A stretch of DNA of 64,000 bases. Origin: Nibricoccus sp. (GTDB lineage Bacteria; Verrucomicrobiota; Verrucomicrobiia; Opitutales; Opitutaceae). The stretch lies in the NCBI GenBank assembly GCA_047602425.1, contig JASGHG010000001.1, forward strand, positions 3,360,001 to 3,424,000, read 5' to 3'. This document shows, piece by piece, positions 9,833 to 20,433 of the stretch (position 1 is the stretch's first letter; every line of letters starts with the position of its first letter). Below the pieces are notes generated by a model. That model made no database searches. It worked only from the letters and a program-made list of their open reading frames with translations, and was not told where the DNA came from. Both the position numbers and the translations under genes were made by a program.

Positions 9833-10990
9833 ATGACTCTCTCGAACACGGACAATTCCAAACGGTTTAAAATCGAACTGGCTGCAGTCGCCGCGATTAG
9901 TTTTTTCCTGCTCGTTGTCGTGCCGCTTCTCGCTCCCTATGGCGTGACGAGCGGGCTTTGGGGAAAATATCTGAGCTACGCGTTGCTCGCGATTTCGGTC
10001 GATCTCCTGTGGGGCAGTACGGGCCTGCTGAGCTTGGGGCAGGCATTGTTTTTCTCCATCGGCGGCTACATGCACGGCATGTACCTGATGCGCATGATCG
10101 GCGAACTCGGGCAATACAAGAAGCCGATTCCCGATTTCCTTGTTTTCCTTGGTTGGACAAAACTACCCGCATTTTGGGAACCCTTCAGCAGTTTCGGCTT
10201 TGCCATGTTCATGGTGGTGCTTGTGCCGGCTCTGGTCGCGTATGTTTTCGGATATCTGGCGTTTCGTTCGCGCATCAAAGGTGTGTATTTCTCGATCCTC
10301 ACGCAGGCACTGACCTACGCGGCTTCGATTATTTTCTTTCGCAACAACCTTCTGATGGGTGGCAACAACGGCTTCACCGATTTCAAGTTCATCCTCGGCC
10401 ATTCGCTGGTCGACAAGGTTCAGGGCCCGAAAACGATGACCGCGTTGTACGTCGTGACGGGCGTCACGCTGTTGCTCGTTTACCTTTTTCGTCGCTGGCT
10501 GCGCACGACGAAATTCGGCCTCGTACAGCAGGCGATCCGCGATGGCGAAAATCGCACCCTCTTCAGCGGTTACGCCACCGAGCACTACAAATTGTTCGTT
10601 TTCGTTCTTTGCGCAGTCATTGCATCGATCGGTGGCGCGCTTTACGTGCCGCAGGCGGCCATCATCAATCCCGAGGAAATGCGGACGGCCAACTCGCTTG
10701 AAGCTGTGGTTTGGGTCGCGGTGGGTGGACGCGGCACACTATTTGGGCCGATTCTTGGCGCGGTCTTTGTCAATGCCCTGAAAAGCTGGGCGACCCAGGG
10801 CGTTACGGCCAATTACTGGCCAATCATCATCGGTGGCTTGTGCATTGGCGTCGTTTTGTTTCTTCCAGGTGGTTTGGTTAGTTTGCCTGCGCGACTGGCT
10901 CCGCTCTGGAAGCGAATGAAACGACCCGGTTCACAGGAGATCGCCCCGCCGCCGACGCCGAAAGTGGAAACAGTCTCGCCCAAATCCTAA
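9833..10990 (+). CDS. urtC: Urea ABC transporter permease
   Basis: DLLWGSTGLLSLGQ, FRSRIKGVYFSILTQA, GGNNGFTDFK and VAVGGRGTL motifs. Confidence 0.93.
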   Translation: MTLSNTDNSKRFKIELAAVAAISFFLLVVVPLLAPYGVTSGLWGKYLSYALLAISVDLLWGSTGLLSLGQALFFSIGGYMHGMYLMRMIGELGQYKKPIPDFLVFLGWTKLPAFWEPFSSFGFAMFMVVLVPALVAYVFGYLAFRSRIKGVYFSILTQALTYAASIIFFRNNLLMGGNNGFTDFKFILGHSLVDKVQGPKTMTALYVVTGVTLLLVYLFRRWLRTTKFGLVQQAIRDGENRTLFSGYATEHYKLFVFVLCAVIASIGGALYVPQAAIINPEEMRTANSLEAVVWVAVGGRGTLFGPILGAVFVNALKSWATQGVTANYWPIIIGGLCIGVVLFLPGGLVSLPARLAPLWKRMKRPGSQEIAPPPTPKVETVSPKS

Positions 10991-10995
10991 GCACC

Positions 10996-11766
10996 ATGGC
11001 GCATCCCATTCTTACCGTCGAAGACGTTTCGAAAACCTATGATGGGTTCAAAGCCATCTCGAACCTGCATTTTTATTTGTTCGAGGGTGAACTGCGCACC
11101 GTCATCGGGCCAAACGGCGCGGGCAAATCCACGTTTTTCGATCTCATCACCGGCCGGGCCAAGCCCGACAAGGGGAAGATCGAATTCGGCAGCGATCCCG
11201 CGGCCAGCCACGACCTCACCGGGCTCAACGAATACGAGATCAACCGCCTTGGCGTGGGTCGGAAATTCCAAACGCCGAGCGTTTTTACCGAACATACCGT
11301 TTGGGATAATTTGGTGCTTTCCATCAAAGGCCCGCGCGGCGTTTTTAGTTCGCTTTTCCGCCGCCTGGATTCGGCGGATGTCGATCGTATCGACGAATTG
11401 TTGAAGCTCGTGCGCCTCGACGGAAAGCGTCATTGGAAAGCGGGTTTGCTCGCGCATGGCGAAAAGCAATGGCTCGAAATCGCGATGCTTCTCGCGCAGG
11501 AACCCAAGGTGCTGCTCGTGGATGAGCCTGCCGCCGGCATGACTGACGAGGAGACACATCGCACGGGCGAACTCCTTCTTTCGCTCGCAGGGAAACACAG
11601 TCTCGTCGTGATCGAGCACGACATGACCTTTGTCCGGCAAATCGCCCGCGACAACAAAGTCACCGTGCTGCATCAGGGTACGGTTCTGTGCGAAGGCCAG
11701 TTCGACGAAGTGCAATCCAACCAGAAAGTTCGCGAAGTCTATCTTGGCCGCGGCAAGAAAAACTGA
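10996..11766 (+). CDS. urtD: Urea ABC transporter ATP-binding protein
   Basis: GPNGAGKS, GRKFQTP, LAHGEKQWLEI and DEPAAGM motifs. Confidence 0.93.
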   Translation: MAHPILTVEDVSKTYDGFKAISNLHFYLFEGELRTVIGPNGAGKSTFFDLITGRAKPDKGKIEFGSDPAASHDLTGLNEYEINRLGVGRKFQTPSVFTEHTVWDNLVLSIKGPRGVFSSLFRRLDSADVDRIDELLKLVRLDGKRHWKAGLLAHGEKQWLEIAMLLAQEPKVLLVDEPAAGMTDEETHRTGELLLSLAGKHSLVVIEHDMTFVRQIARDNKVTVLHQGTVLCEGQFDEVQSNQKVREVYLGRGKKN

Positions 11767-11775
11767 TTTTATCCC

Positions 11776-12588
11776 ATGGTCGCCTCCAGTTCATCGCAGC
11801 CCGTTCTGAAACTCACATCGGTCGAAGCCGACATTGGTGGTTCGCGCATCCTGCGTGGCGTTGACTTCGATGTTCGTCCCGGCGAGGTGGTCGCTCTTAT
11901 GGGGCGTAACGGCGTTGGGAAAACGACCACGCTCAAGGCCATCACGGGCGTCCTGGCGGTTCGGTCAGGTTCGGTTATTTTCGACGGCAAACCTATCCAC
12001 AAACTTTCCATGGATGTCAGGGCGCGCGCAGGCATCGGCTACGTGCCGCAGGGTCGCGATATTTTCCCGCATCTCACCGTGGAGGAAAATTTGCACATTG
12101 GGCTCGTGGTGCACAAACGCCGCGGTGCCGAGGCCCGCGAGGCGCTTGCGCGTGTGTACGACCTGTTCCCCGTGTTGAAGGAAATGCTCTCCCGCAAAGG
12201 CGGCGTGCTTTCCGGCGGCCAGCAGCAGCAACTCGCGATCGGTCGTGCATTGTTGACCAACCCGAAAATTCTTATCCTCGACGAACCAACCGAGGGGATA
12301 CAACCCTCGATCATCGACCAGATCGGCGATACGTTGAAAAAACTCACGACACCGCCGCCGCCACCCGAGGCCATCGATCAAGCCGCGCAGGCGGTTGCGG
12401 AAATTCAGAATGCCGTAAAGCAGCTCAAGAAAAATTCGTCGCTGGCGATTCTTCTCGTCGAGCAATACGTGGATTTTTGCCGTGAAGTGGCCGACCGCTT
12501 TTACGCGATGGATCGCGGCACGGTTGTTGTCAGCGGTCTCATCAACCAGTTGACAGACGAAGTTGTGAAGGAACATTTGCAGGTCTAA
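11776..12588 (+). CDS. urtE: Urea ABC transporter ATP-binding protein (with an insertion of about 30 aa)
   Basis: [32 protein letters not shown] and [10 protein letters not shown] motifs. Confidence 0.93.
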   Translation: MVASSSSQPVLKLTSVEADIGGSRILRGVDFDVRPGEVVALMGRNGVGKTTTLKAITGVLAVRSGSVIFDGKPIHKLSMDVRARAGIGYVPQGRDIFPHLTVEENLHIGLVVHKRRGAEAREALARVYDLFPVLKEMLSRKGGVLSGGQQQQLAIGRALLTNPKILILDEPTEGIQPSIIDQIGDTLKKLTTPPPPPEAIDQAAQAVAEIQNAVKQLKKNSSLAILLVEQYVDFCREVADRFYAMDRGTVVVSGLINQLTDEVVKEHLQV

Positions 12589-12596
12589 AATCCGCC

Positions 12597-12899
12597 ATGC
12601 ATCTCACCCCGCGCGAACGCGAAAAACTCCTGATTGTAACCGCCGCCGATCTTGCCCGGCGTCGGCAAAGTCGCGGTCTCAAGCTCAATTATCCCGAGGC
12701 TGTGGCCATCATCACCTACGAGATCATTGAAGGTGCGCGCGACGGCAAGACTGTGGCCGAGCTCATGAGTTCCGGCACGACCATCCTCAAGCGTGCGGAC
12801 GTGATGGAAGGCGTGCCGGAAATGATCCACGACGTGCAAGTCGAGGCCACATTCCCCGACGGCACAAAACTCGTCACTGTGCATAATCCAATAAGATGA
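12597..12899 (+). CDS. ureA: Urease gamma subunit
   Basis: [11 protein letters not shown]...LNYPEA...[17 protein letters not shown]. Confidence 0.98.
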   Translation: MHLTPREREKLLIVTAADLARRRQSRGLKLNYPEAVAIITYEIIEGARDGKTVAELMSSGTTILKRADVMEGVPEMIHDVQVEATFPDGTKLVTVHNPIR

Positions 12900-12906
12900 T
12901 TTTTCT

Positions 12907-13027
12907 CCACAGAGAACAAGGAGCTCGCACACAGAGCGCAGGAGTTCGATTCTTTTTCGTGATCGGCCCTTTTTGCTCGGCTGTTTCTCTCCGTGGCCTC
13001 TGTGTCCGAGCTCTGTCCACTCTGTGG
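12907..13027. repeat. Inverted-repeat (MITE/REPIN-like) element, CCACAGAG family, copy 1
   Basis: Left arm CCACAGAGAACAAGGAGCTCGCACACAGAG pairs with right arm CTCTGTGTCCGAGCTCTGTCCACTCTGTGG. Confidence 0.75.
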
Positions 13028-13046
13028 CTAAAATGAAAACCCTCCC

Positions 13047-13394
13047 ATGATCCCCGGCGAAATTATCACGGCCGACGAGGCAGCCCAGCTGCAGGCCAAC
13101 CTCGGCCTCACCACACTCACGCTTGAAGTGGCCAATGTGGGCGATCGCCCAATTCAAGTTGGCTCGCATTATCATTTTTATGAAACCAACGAGGCTCTGG
13201 TTTTCGATCGTGCCGCCGCTCGTGGTTTCCGCCTCAACATTCCCGCTGGCACGGCGGTTCGTTTTGAAGCGGGTGACAAAAAAATCGTCGAGCTCGTCGC
13301 GCTGACCGGTGCCCGCGAAGTTTATGGCCTGAACGCGAAAGTGAACGGCAAACTCGATAAAAAATCTTCTGCCAGGAAGAAGAAAAGACGCTGA
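13047..13394 (+). CDS. ureB: Urease beta subunit
   Basis: [18 protein letters not shown] and [13 protein letters not shown] motifs. Confidence 0.98.
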   Translation: MIPGEIITADEAAQLQANLGLTTLTLEVANVGDRPIQVGSHYHFYETNEALVFDRAAARGFRLNIPAGTAVRFEAGDKKIVELVALTGAREVYGLNAKVNGKLDKKSSARKKKRR

Positions 13395-13407
13395 GCAAAT
13401 GATTTTC

Positions 13408-13574
13408 GCCACAGAGAACACCGAACTCGGACCCAGATCCACGGAGGTCAGGATCTGATTTTTAGATTAAAAAAACCAACTACAAACCGCCAACGATCGC
13501 TACGGAAACCCAAAGTTCTGCATGCCCAAGCGCTCTCTATGACCTCAATGGCTGAGCTTCGTGTCCTCTGTGGC
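13408..13574. repeat. Inverted-repeat element, CCACAGAG family, copy 2
   Basis: GCCACAGAGAACACCGAACTCGG ... CTGAGCTTCGTGTCCTCTGTGGC; same ATGATTTT and GGCTAAA flanks as copy 1. Confidence 0.75.
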
Positions 13575-13588
13575 TAAACTTCTTTTCC

Positions 13589-15355
13589 ATGCCCCTTAAT
13601 CTTACCCGTCGCCAGTATGCCGAGATGTTTGGTCCGACCGTGGGCGACCGCGTGCGGTTGGCCGATACCGAGTTGTTCGTGCAAGTCGAGCGCGACCTCG
13701 TCGCCGAAAGTGGAGGTTACGGAAATGAGATTAAATTTGGCGGTGGTAAAGTGATCCGCGATGGCATGGGGCAATCTCCGACCGCGTCCGACGCCGAATC
13801 GCTCGATCTCGTCATCACCAATGCGCTTATTCTCGATCCAATTCTGGGCGTGATCAAGGCCGACATCGGCATCAAGCACGGCCTCATTGTCGGCATCGGC
13901 CACGCGGGCAATCCCGGAATTCAGCGCGGGATCGGTTCGGTCTACGTCGATCCCCGCACGAAAAAGAAAAACCCGATGATAGTTGGCGCGGCGACCGAGG
14001 TTCTTGCAGGCGAAGGGAGTATCGTGACCGCGGGCGGCATCGACACGCACATTCATTTTATCTGCCCGCAGCAGATCGACGAAGCGATCAGCGCGGGCAT
14101 CACCACCATGCTCGGTGGCGGCACCGGTCCGGCGCATGGCACCTTCGCCACGACCTGCACGCCCGGCGCGTGGAATCTCCACCGCATGCTTGAAGCGGCT
14201 GAGTCGTACCCAATGAATCTCGGTTTTCTCGGCAAGGGCAATTGCGCCACGCCGAAACCGCTGCGGGAACAAATCTATGCTGGAGCCATCGGCCTGAAGT
14301 TACATGAGGATTGGGGCACCACACCGGCTGCCATCGACAATTGCCTAGGTGTGGCGGACGAACTCGACGTGCAGGTCGCGATTCACACTGACACGTTGAA
14401 CGAGTCCGGTTATGTCGACGATACGATCAGGGCCTTCAAAGGTCGCACGATTCATACCTTCCACTCCGAAGGCGCCGGTGGCGGGCATGCCCCGGACATC
14501 ATTCGCGTCTGCGGCGAAGCGAACGTGTTGCCATCGTCAACCAACCCGACGCGTCCTTACACGGTGAACACAATCGATGAGCATCTCGACATGCTCATGG
14601 TTTGCCATCACCTCGATTCGAAAATCCCCGAGGATGTGTCCTTCGCGGAGTCGCGAATTCGCCCGGAGACGATTGCGATCGAGGACCGACTGCACGATCT
14701 TGGCGCGATCTCGATCATGTCATCCGATTCGCAGGCGATGGGCCGCATCGGCGAAGTGATCATTCGCACGTGGCAGACCGCGCACAAGATGAAGACGCAG
14801 TTTGGTGTGCTCAGCGGCAAGTCGCACGCTGCGGCCGACAACTTCCGCGCTCTCCGCTATCTCGCGAAGTATACAATCAATCCAGCGATCGCGCACGGTA
14901 TATCCCATATTGTTGGTTCGGTCGAAGTCGGAAAATTTGCCGACCTTGTGGTTTTTAAACCTGCGCTTTTTGGCGTGAAGCCCGAAGTCGTGTTGAAGGG
15001 CGGTTTCATTGCCTGGGCCAATATGGGCGATCCAAACGCTTCGATCCCCACGCCCCAGCCGACGTTTTATCGTCCGCAGTTTGGCGCCGCCGGTCGCGCA
15101 CTCGGCTCCACGAACATCACGTTCGTCAGTCAGGCGTCGCTCGACAAGGGCTCGTTGAAAAATCTCGGTCTGAAGCGTCGCTTGGAAGCGGTGAAGAATA
15201 CTCGTGGGATCGGCAAAAGCGACCTAGTGCTCAACGACGCTCTGCCAAAAATCGAGGTCGACCCTGAAACCTACACGGTCAAAGCCGACGGCGAAATCCT
15301 CACCTGCGAACCCGCCAAAATCCTGCCCATGGCTCAGCGTTATTTTTTGTTTTAG
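13589..15355 (+). CDS. ureC: Urease alpha subunit
   Basis: [51 protein letters not shown]. Confidence 0.99.
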   Translation: MPLNLTRRQYAEMFGPTVGDRVRLADTELFVQVERDLVAESGGYGNEIKFGGGKVIRDGMGQSPTASDAESLDLVITNALILDPILGVIKADIGIKHGLIVGIGHAGNPGIQRGIGSVYVDPRTKKKNPMIVGAATEVLAGEGSIVTAGGIDTHIHFICPQQIDEAISAGITTMLGGGTGPAHGTFATTCTPGAWNLHRMLEAAESYPMNLGFLGKGNCATPKPLREQIYAGAIGLKLHEDWGTTPAAIDNCLGVADELDVQVAIHTDTLNESGYVDDTIRAFKGRTIHTFHSEGAGGGHAPDIIRVCGEANVLPSSTNPTRPYTVNTIDEHLDMLMVCHHLDSKIPEDVSFAESRIRPETIAIEDRLHDLGAISIMSSDSQAMGRIGEVIIRTWQTAHKMKTQFGVLSGKSHAAADNFRALRYLAKYTINPAIAHGISHIVGSVEVGKFADLVVFKPALFGVKPEVVLKGGFIAWANMGDPNASIPTPQPTFYRPQFGAAGRALGSTNITFVSQASLDKGSLKNLGLKRRLEAVKNTRGIGKSDLVLNDALPKIEVDPETYTVKADGEILTCEPAKILPMAQRYFLF

Positions 15356-15411
15356 GAAACTGAACGTCGCTTACGCCGCGTGCTGTTGCTTTGAAGGGTT
15401 TCCTTCGTCGC

Positions 15412-16119
15412 TTATGGCGTGATCGGCGGCAAATTCCAGATTTTCGGAGCGGCGTGGTCAAAAAAGGTGATCTGCGAAAAGGTTGCCGAAAATCCATTTT
15501 TCCCAAAACAGTGCACCGCGAAACCGGCTTTTATCTTTCCTTCAGTTTTTAACTGAAAATGGCGAACCATGCGCCAGATTTTTCCATCCGCTGAAAAGTG
15601 AAAGCTGAAGGCCGAACCCTTTCGCATGACGGCCAGGAATGCATAGTCGGCTGAAATTGTTTGCGAGTTGCAGTCGTCCGAAACGTCGCGGGTGACAACG
15701 GAGACAATCGTGGGTTCTTTAGCGATCGAGTTTTCGTAGCACAGTTTGGCCCAAGTGCGTTCATTTTCATAGACCACGAGTGCTGCCACATCGAAGATGT
15801 CCTGTAGCTTTCCAGAAACACGGGCCATCAGGATGAATTCTTCACCCGGCTCGAAGAGAACCATGGGAGCGTTGAGCGCCGGCTTTCCGCCTCGGGGATT
15901 TACATAGAGATTGGTCTCTCCGGCGGCGGCCATGAAAAATCCACCGTCAGGGTTAATCGCTAATTCCCTAGGGCTGTTAAGCACAACCAATTCACCGGGG
16001 ATAGCGGGCAGTTTGAGACGATTCAGGTCATTTTCACCGGCGGCTGCGGCGGACAAAAGACCCAAAAACATCGTGAATACGTGGAGTAGGTGGCTCCTTC
16101 GTGCTAAGGCCGAATTCAT
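15412..16119 (-). CDS. DUF1349-like (concanavalin/LamG beta-sandwich) secreted protein
   Basis: Signal-like N-terminus; WAKLCYE, IVSVVTRDVSDDCNS and FHFSADGKIWRMVRHF motifs. Confidence 0.75.
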   Translation of the reverse strand: MNSALARRSHLLHVFTMFLGLLSAAAAGENDLNRLKLPAIPGELVVLNSPRELAINPDGGFFMAAAGETNLYVNPRGGKPALNAPMVLFEPGEEFILMARVSGKLQDIFDVAALVVYENERTWAKLCYENSIAKEPTIVSVVTRDVSDDCNSQTISADYAFLAVMRKGSAFSFHFSADGKIWRMVRHFQLKTEGKIKAGFAVHCFGKNGFSATFSQITFFDHAAPKIWNLPPITP

Positions 16120-16222
16120 GGCCATCACTCTCTGAACGAGGATCCCTCGCAATGCGAGACTTCGAAAGGGAACTAAGATCTAACCGTAAGAATTGGTTCC
16201 AGTCGTTAAACGACTGTGGCGG

Positions 16223-17083
16223 TTAAGGATGGATCGGCTTCAACCGCACCCGTTCCGCTTTGATCGGTTGGCCGAGGAGACGGGCGCCGTGGGAGGCGAA
16301 CCAGTCGGCATCGTCAGTCGTGGCGAAACGATGCTGGCCATTGCGGCTCAGGCGGGATTCTTCCTCAGGATGGCGGTTCAGCCAGTCGGCGAGGCTTTCG
16401 GCGATAATCTCGGTTTGCGGCAAGATCCTGATTTCGCGCGGCACGACTCGGCGGATGACCGGCAGGAGAAGCGGATAATGCGTGCAGCCGAGGAGAATGC
16501 GTTGTGGCGGTTTCGTCCGGTTGAGGACCGGTTCGAGCGAACGGCGAACGAAATGCTCGGTGCCCGGCCCATCCAGTTCTCCCGTTTCGACCATCGCGGC
16601 CCAGAGGGGACAAGCTTGTTGAATGAGCTCGAGGTGGGGGGCGAGTTTGCGGATCTCAAGCCCGTAGGAATCGGAGGCGATGGTGCTTTCCGTGGCGAGC
16701 ACCGCGACCACGCCGGTCATGGGCGACGGAGTCGTCTCACCGGGAATAGCTCCGGGACGCAGGCAGGCGAGAGCCTCGACAGACGGACGCACGACGCCGA
16801 GAACGCGGCGGTCGGGGCGGCGGCGCGGCAGGTGGAGTTGCTGGATGTTGCGGAGCGCGCGGGCCGAGGCGGTGTTACAGGCGAGGATGACGAGGGTGCA
16901 ACCCTGGTCAAAGAGCCACTCAATGGTTTCCGTGGTGTATTCGGTGACGACATCGGCGCTGCGAGCACCATAAGGAGCGCGGGCGCTGTCAGCGACGAAG
17001 AGGTAATCATACTGCGGCAACGCGTTGAAGAGGGAGCCGAGTACGGTAAGTCCACCGAAGCCTGAATCGAAAACGCCGATCAT
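16223..17083 (-). CDS. murI: Glutamate racemase
   Basis: IGVFDSGFGGLTV, PYG, LACNTAS and LGCTHY (both catalytic Cys). Confidence 0.96.
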   Translation of the reverse strand: MIGVFDSGFGGLTVLGSLFNALPQYDYLFVADSARAPYGARSADVVTEYTTETIEWLFDQGCTLVILACNTASARALRNIQQLHLPRRRPDRRVLGVVRPSVEALACLRPGAIPGETTPSPMTGVVAVLATESTIASDSYGLEIRKLAPHLELIQQACPLWAAMVETGELDGPGTEHFVRRSLEPVLNRTKPPQRILLGCTHYPLLLPVIRRVVPREIRILPQTEIIAESLADWLNRHPEEESRLSRNGQHRFATTDDADWFASHGARLLGQPIKAERVRLKPIHP

Positions 17084-17112
17084 GTTTGAACAGACGACAC
17101 GACCGGGGCGGT

Positions 17113-17763
17113 TTAGGCAAGGCTGGCGCGACTGCTCAAAATCAAGTCGGCCAAATCTTCCGGTCGTTCGGCGATGTGTGTGGCGCGTGCGGCCACCAAC
17201 GCTTCACGACTGGCCAGACCCCAGCAAACGCCGATGCTTTGAATGCCCACTTCGTTGGCCGCCGTGACGTCTCTCACCTCGTCGCCAATGTAGAAAATAT
17301 TTTTCGGCGGCAGCGCGAGCTGGCGGTTAATTTTCCGTAGGCGTGTGGCTTTGCCGAGAAAACTGGTGCCGCAGGAAAAGAGATCGAACATGCTCAAGCC
17401 ATGGACCCGCAGGAAGCATTGGACGTTTTCTAGCGAGTTGGAGGACAGGATCCCGCAGCGGCAGTCTTGGGCTTGGAGCGAGCGAAGGACGTCGGAGATG
17501 CCGTCAAAAGGGAGCAGTTTTTTTGTTCTTTCGCGCATGCCTGCTCGCATGGCGCTGACCAGACGAGGGATTTTCCGCAACGGCACGTTTGCGGCTCGCA
17601 TCACTTCGAGCGATCCCATGTTTCGAAACGATTCAAATTCGGCCCTGCTTAAACGCCGAAGACCGAGGTCGATCGCCACTTGGTCGTAGACTTCGGCAAG
17701 TTCGTCGAACGAGTCTGCAATCGTTCCATCGAAGTCGAAAATGGCGGCTTGGGTACTGGGCAT
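17113..17763 (-). CDS. HAD-family hydrolase (phosphoglycolate phosphatase-like)
   Basis: IFDFDGTIADS, ILSSNS and YIGDEVRD motifs. Confidence 0.88.
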   Translation of the reverse strand: MPSTQAAIFDFDGTIADSFDELAEVYDQVAIDLGLRRLSRAEFESFRNMGSLEVMRAANVPLRKIPRLVSAMRAGMRERTKKLLPFDGISDVLRSLQAQDCRCGILSSNSLENVQCFLRVHGLSMFDLFSCGTSFLGKATRLRKINRQLALPPKNIFYIGDEVRDVTAANEVGIQSIGVCWGLASREALVAARATHIAERPEDLADLILSSRASLA

Positions 17764-17881
17764 GGCGTGCGAAAGACGTGAAGTTTGAGGGGGCAAGATG
17801 GGACTGTCCACTGGATCGTTGGGTGGAAAAACACCCGTTCTGATGTTGCAGAGGCGGGGCTGGGCCGGAATAAACGTTGGC

Positions 17882-18373
17882 ATGAGTCTCTGTCCCTGTG
17901 GTTCCAATCTTGAGTTTGATGCTTGCTGCGGTCCGATCATTGCCGGTGCCGCGGCACCGACGGCTGAAGCGTTGATGCGCTCGCGCTATTCGGCGTATGT
18001 GAAGCATGAATACGCGCATCTCGAAAAATCGCTCAGCGCCGCACAGCGAAAAGATTTCGACGCAGCCGATTCGAAACGCTGGGCGGAAAGCTCGGAGTGG
18101 CTCGGCTTGACGATCCATCAGGTCGAAAAGGGCGGCGTGAATGACGACACGGGCATGGTGCATTTTACCGCCAAGTTCCGGACGGAGGGCAAAGACCACG
18201 ACCATGTTGAGGCAGCGCTTTTTACCCGCGAGGATGGCCGTTGGGTTTACTCGGGCTTCATCCAGCCAAAGGGCAACACGGTGCGTCGGGAAGAGCCGAA
18301 AATCGGCCGCAACGATCCATGTCCATGTGGCAGCGGCAAAAAATACAAAAAGTGTTGCGGCGCGAAGAGCTGA
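17882..18373 (+). CDS. ychJ: YchJ family protein with SEC-C motifs
   Basis: [20 protein letters not shown] and [18 protein letters not shown]. Confidence 0.92.
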   Translation: MSLCPCGSNLEFDACCGPIIAGAAAPTAEALMRSRYSAYVKHEYAHLEKSLSAAQRKDFDAADSKRWAESSEWLGLTIHQVEKGGVNDDTGMVHFTAKFRTEGKDHDHVEAALFTREDGRWVYSGFIQPKGNTVRREEPKIGRNDPCPCGSGKKYKKCCGAKS

Positions 18374-18407
18374 GCAAAAGCGGGCAAGGTTGAACAGAAT
18401 TCATGGC

Positions 18408-18423
18408 AGGCATGCGGCTTGCT
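18408..18423 (+). promoter_or_regulatory. Putative sigma54 -24/-12 promoter of ureEFGD
   Basis: AGGCATGCGGCTTGCT: GG-N10-GC with a canonical TTGCT -12 element, 22 nt before the ureE ATG. Confidence 0.65.
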
Positions 18424-18445
18424 ATGAATAAGATTCACCTTCGCC

Positions 18446-18928
18446 ATGCTTCTTGTTCAACAACCCCTTGCCCAACCAGATCCTACGCTTCCGCAAATTG
18501 CGGTGCGGGTGGATCGGCTGAAGCTAGCCAAGCGCCTATGGCGTGCGACGGGCGAGGATGGTGTGGAATTCGGCTGCGAACTCGAGCGGCCGCTCCAACC
18601 GGGCGATACGCTCCACCAGACGGCCACCGCGCGTTACGTCGTCTTGCAGGAACCGGAGCGGGTACTCGAAATTTCGCTGGAAAATCTACCTCCGTCGGCC
18701 GCAGCAGGCGTGGGTTGGGCGATTGGGAATTTGCACCTGGAACTGATGTCCGAACCAGAACGATTGCTCGCATTGAATGAAAATGCGGTGCGACGCTTGC
18801 TGGATCGCATCGGCGTTTCCTATCGCGAAACGACGGAGGTTTTTCGACCGGGGCGTTTTGCCCGGAGCAACGACAAGGCATCTAACCACGCAACCGCCCA
18901 TGAATTCGGAGCAAGCCACAAACATTGA
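18446..18928 (+). CDS. ureE: Urease accessory nickel chaperone
   Basis: [14 protein letters not shown] motif (GWAIGNLHL), short His tail ([14 protein letters not shown]), first gene of the accessory block. Confidence 0.88.
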   Translation: MLLVQQPLAQPDPTLPQIAVRVDRLKLAKRLWRATGEDGVEFGCELERPLQPGDTLHQTATARYVVLQEPERVLEISLENLPPSAAAGVGWAIGNLHLELMSEPERLLALNENAVRRLLDRIGVSYRETTEVFRPGRFARSNDKASNHATAHEFGASHKH

Positions 18929-19616
18929 CAATGCAGGTTGGCTCTGCGGACTGCTGCAACTCGGCGACACCTTTTATCCGACGGGCGCATACGCTCATTC
19001 GTTTGGTCTCGAAGGATTGGTTGCGGAAGGCGTGGTGCGCGATCGCGAATCGCTCCGGCAATTTTTATCGATTTCAGTTTTGCCGTCGCTGCGGCAATCC
19101 GAGTTGCCGCTGGTCGTGCAGGCCTGGCGGGCCTTCGAAGCGCCGGATTGGGCAAAAATTGGCGAACTGTGCATTTTGGCTTCGGCCCTGAAGACTGCGC
19201 GGGAGGCTCGCTTTGCGGCGGAAAATATTGGACGTCAGCGCGTGGAGCTTGCGGCAAAACTACGCGGTCATCCCCTAGCGCAAGGGTTTTTGCAACGCGC
19301 GGAAGAAGACCGCTGGCCATTTTCTCCGGCGATGGCGTCGGCGCTTGAAGCACGCGTGCTCGGTGCGCCGATGGAAGCGGCGCTGGCCTCGGTTTATTAT
19401 GCGACGATTGCGGGGTTGTTGGCCGCGGCGATGAAGTTGCTGAGGCTCGGGCAAAACGGAAGCCAGACGTTGCTCACGGAAATGATGGGTTTGGCACCGG
19501 AGATTTTTGCCGCCGCGCAAAAAGTACAGTTCGACGAAATCGGCTGGTTCAATCCCTGGCTCGATATCGCTGCGGCGCGTCACGAGACGGCGGAGGCCCG
19601 GCTGTTCATTTCATAA
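18900..19616 (+). CDS. ureF: Urease accessory protein
   Basis: LLQLGDTFYPTGAYAHSFGLE and C-terminal RHETAEARLFIS. Confidence 0.93.
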   Translation: MNSEQATNIDNAGWLCGLLQLGDTFYPTGAYAHSFGLEGLVAEGVVRDRESLRQFLSISVLPSLRQSELPLVVQAWRAFEAPDWAKIGELCILASALKTAREARFAAENIGRQRVELAAKLRGHPLAQGFLQRAEEDRWPFSPAMASALEARVLGAPMEAALASVYYATIAGLLAAAMKLLRLGQNGSQTLLTEMMGLAPEIFAAAQKVQFDEIGWFNPWLDIAAARHETAEARLFIS

Positions 19617-19632
19617 TTAAAAAATTTTATCC

Positions 19633-20253
19633 ATGACACGTCCTCCTCGAATTGGTGTGGGTGGCCCGGTTGGCTCGGGCAAAACCATGCTTTGCCTCAA
19701 GCTCTGTCAAAAACTGCGCGACCGCTACAGCCTCGGTGTCGTAACGAACGATATTTATACGCAGGAGGACGCGCGTTTTTTAAAGGAAGCGCGGGCGCTG
19801 CCGCCGGAACGCATCGTGGGAGTCGAGACGGGTGGGTGCCCGCATACGGCGATCCGCGACGATACGACGATGAACGAACAGGCGGTGCAAAGTCTGGAAC
19901 GAAAATTTACCGATTTGCAGCTAGTTTTGGTCGAGAGTGGCGGCGACAACCTTACGGCGACATTTTCTCCGGAGCTGGTTGACGTGTTTATCTACGTGCT
20001 CGACGTGGCCGAGGGCGAAAAGATGCCGCGCAAGGGCGGGCCTGCGATCAAGTTTAGCGATTTGCTCCTGATCAATAAGATCGATCTGGCTCCTTATGTC
20101 GGCGCGGATTTGACGGTGATGGAGCGTGACGCAAAAACACAGCGCGGGGCGCGGCCATTTATTTTTTGCGACCTAAAACGTGAACACAACCTCGACGCAG
20201 TGATCGCGTGGATCGAGCGTGAGGTGTTGTTTGGAAAGGGAGTGAAGAAGTGA
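19633..20253 (+). CDS. ureG: Urease accessory GTPase
   Basis: [23 protein letters not shown] and NKIDL motifs. Confidence 0.97.
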   Translation: MTRPPRIGVGGPVGSGKTMLCLKLCQKLRDRYSLGVVTNDIYTQEDARFLKEARALPPERIVGVETGGCPHTAIRDDTTMNEQAVQSLERKFTDLQLVLVESGGDNLTATFSPELVDVFIYVLDVAEGEKMPRKGGPAIKFSDLLLINKIDLAPYVGADLTVMERDAKTQRGARPFIFCDLKREHNLDAVIAWIEREVLFGKGVKK

Positions 20254-20433
20254 TGGCCACAAAAGGCACAGAAGGCGCAGAGGCATTGCAGGCGCCGGAA
20301 ACGTTTTCTTTTGACGCAAAGATCGCCAAGGACGGAACGCGAAGGTCGCAAAGCAAGCCGTCCGTCCTTCGCGCTCTTCATGTACAATATTGGGGACTGA
20401 AATCCGATAGCCGATGGAGGATTGGTTGAGAGT

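Noticed and set aside
12907..13574. CRISPR interpretation of the CACAGAG repeats
   Set aside because: Repeats are inverted and degenerate, are separated by a gene rather than unique spacers, and there are no cas genes.
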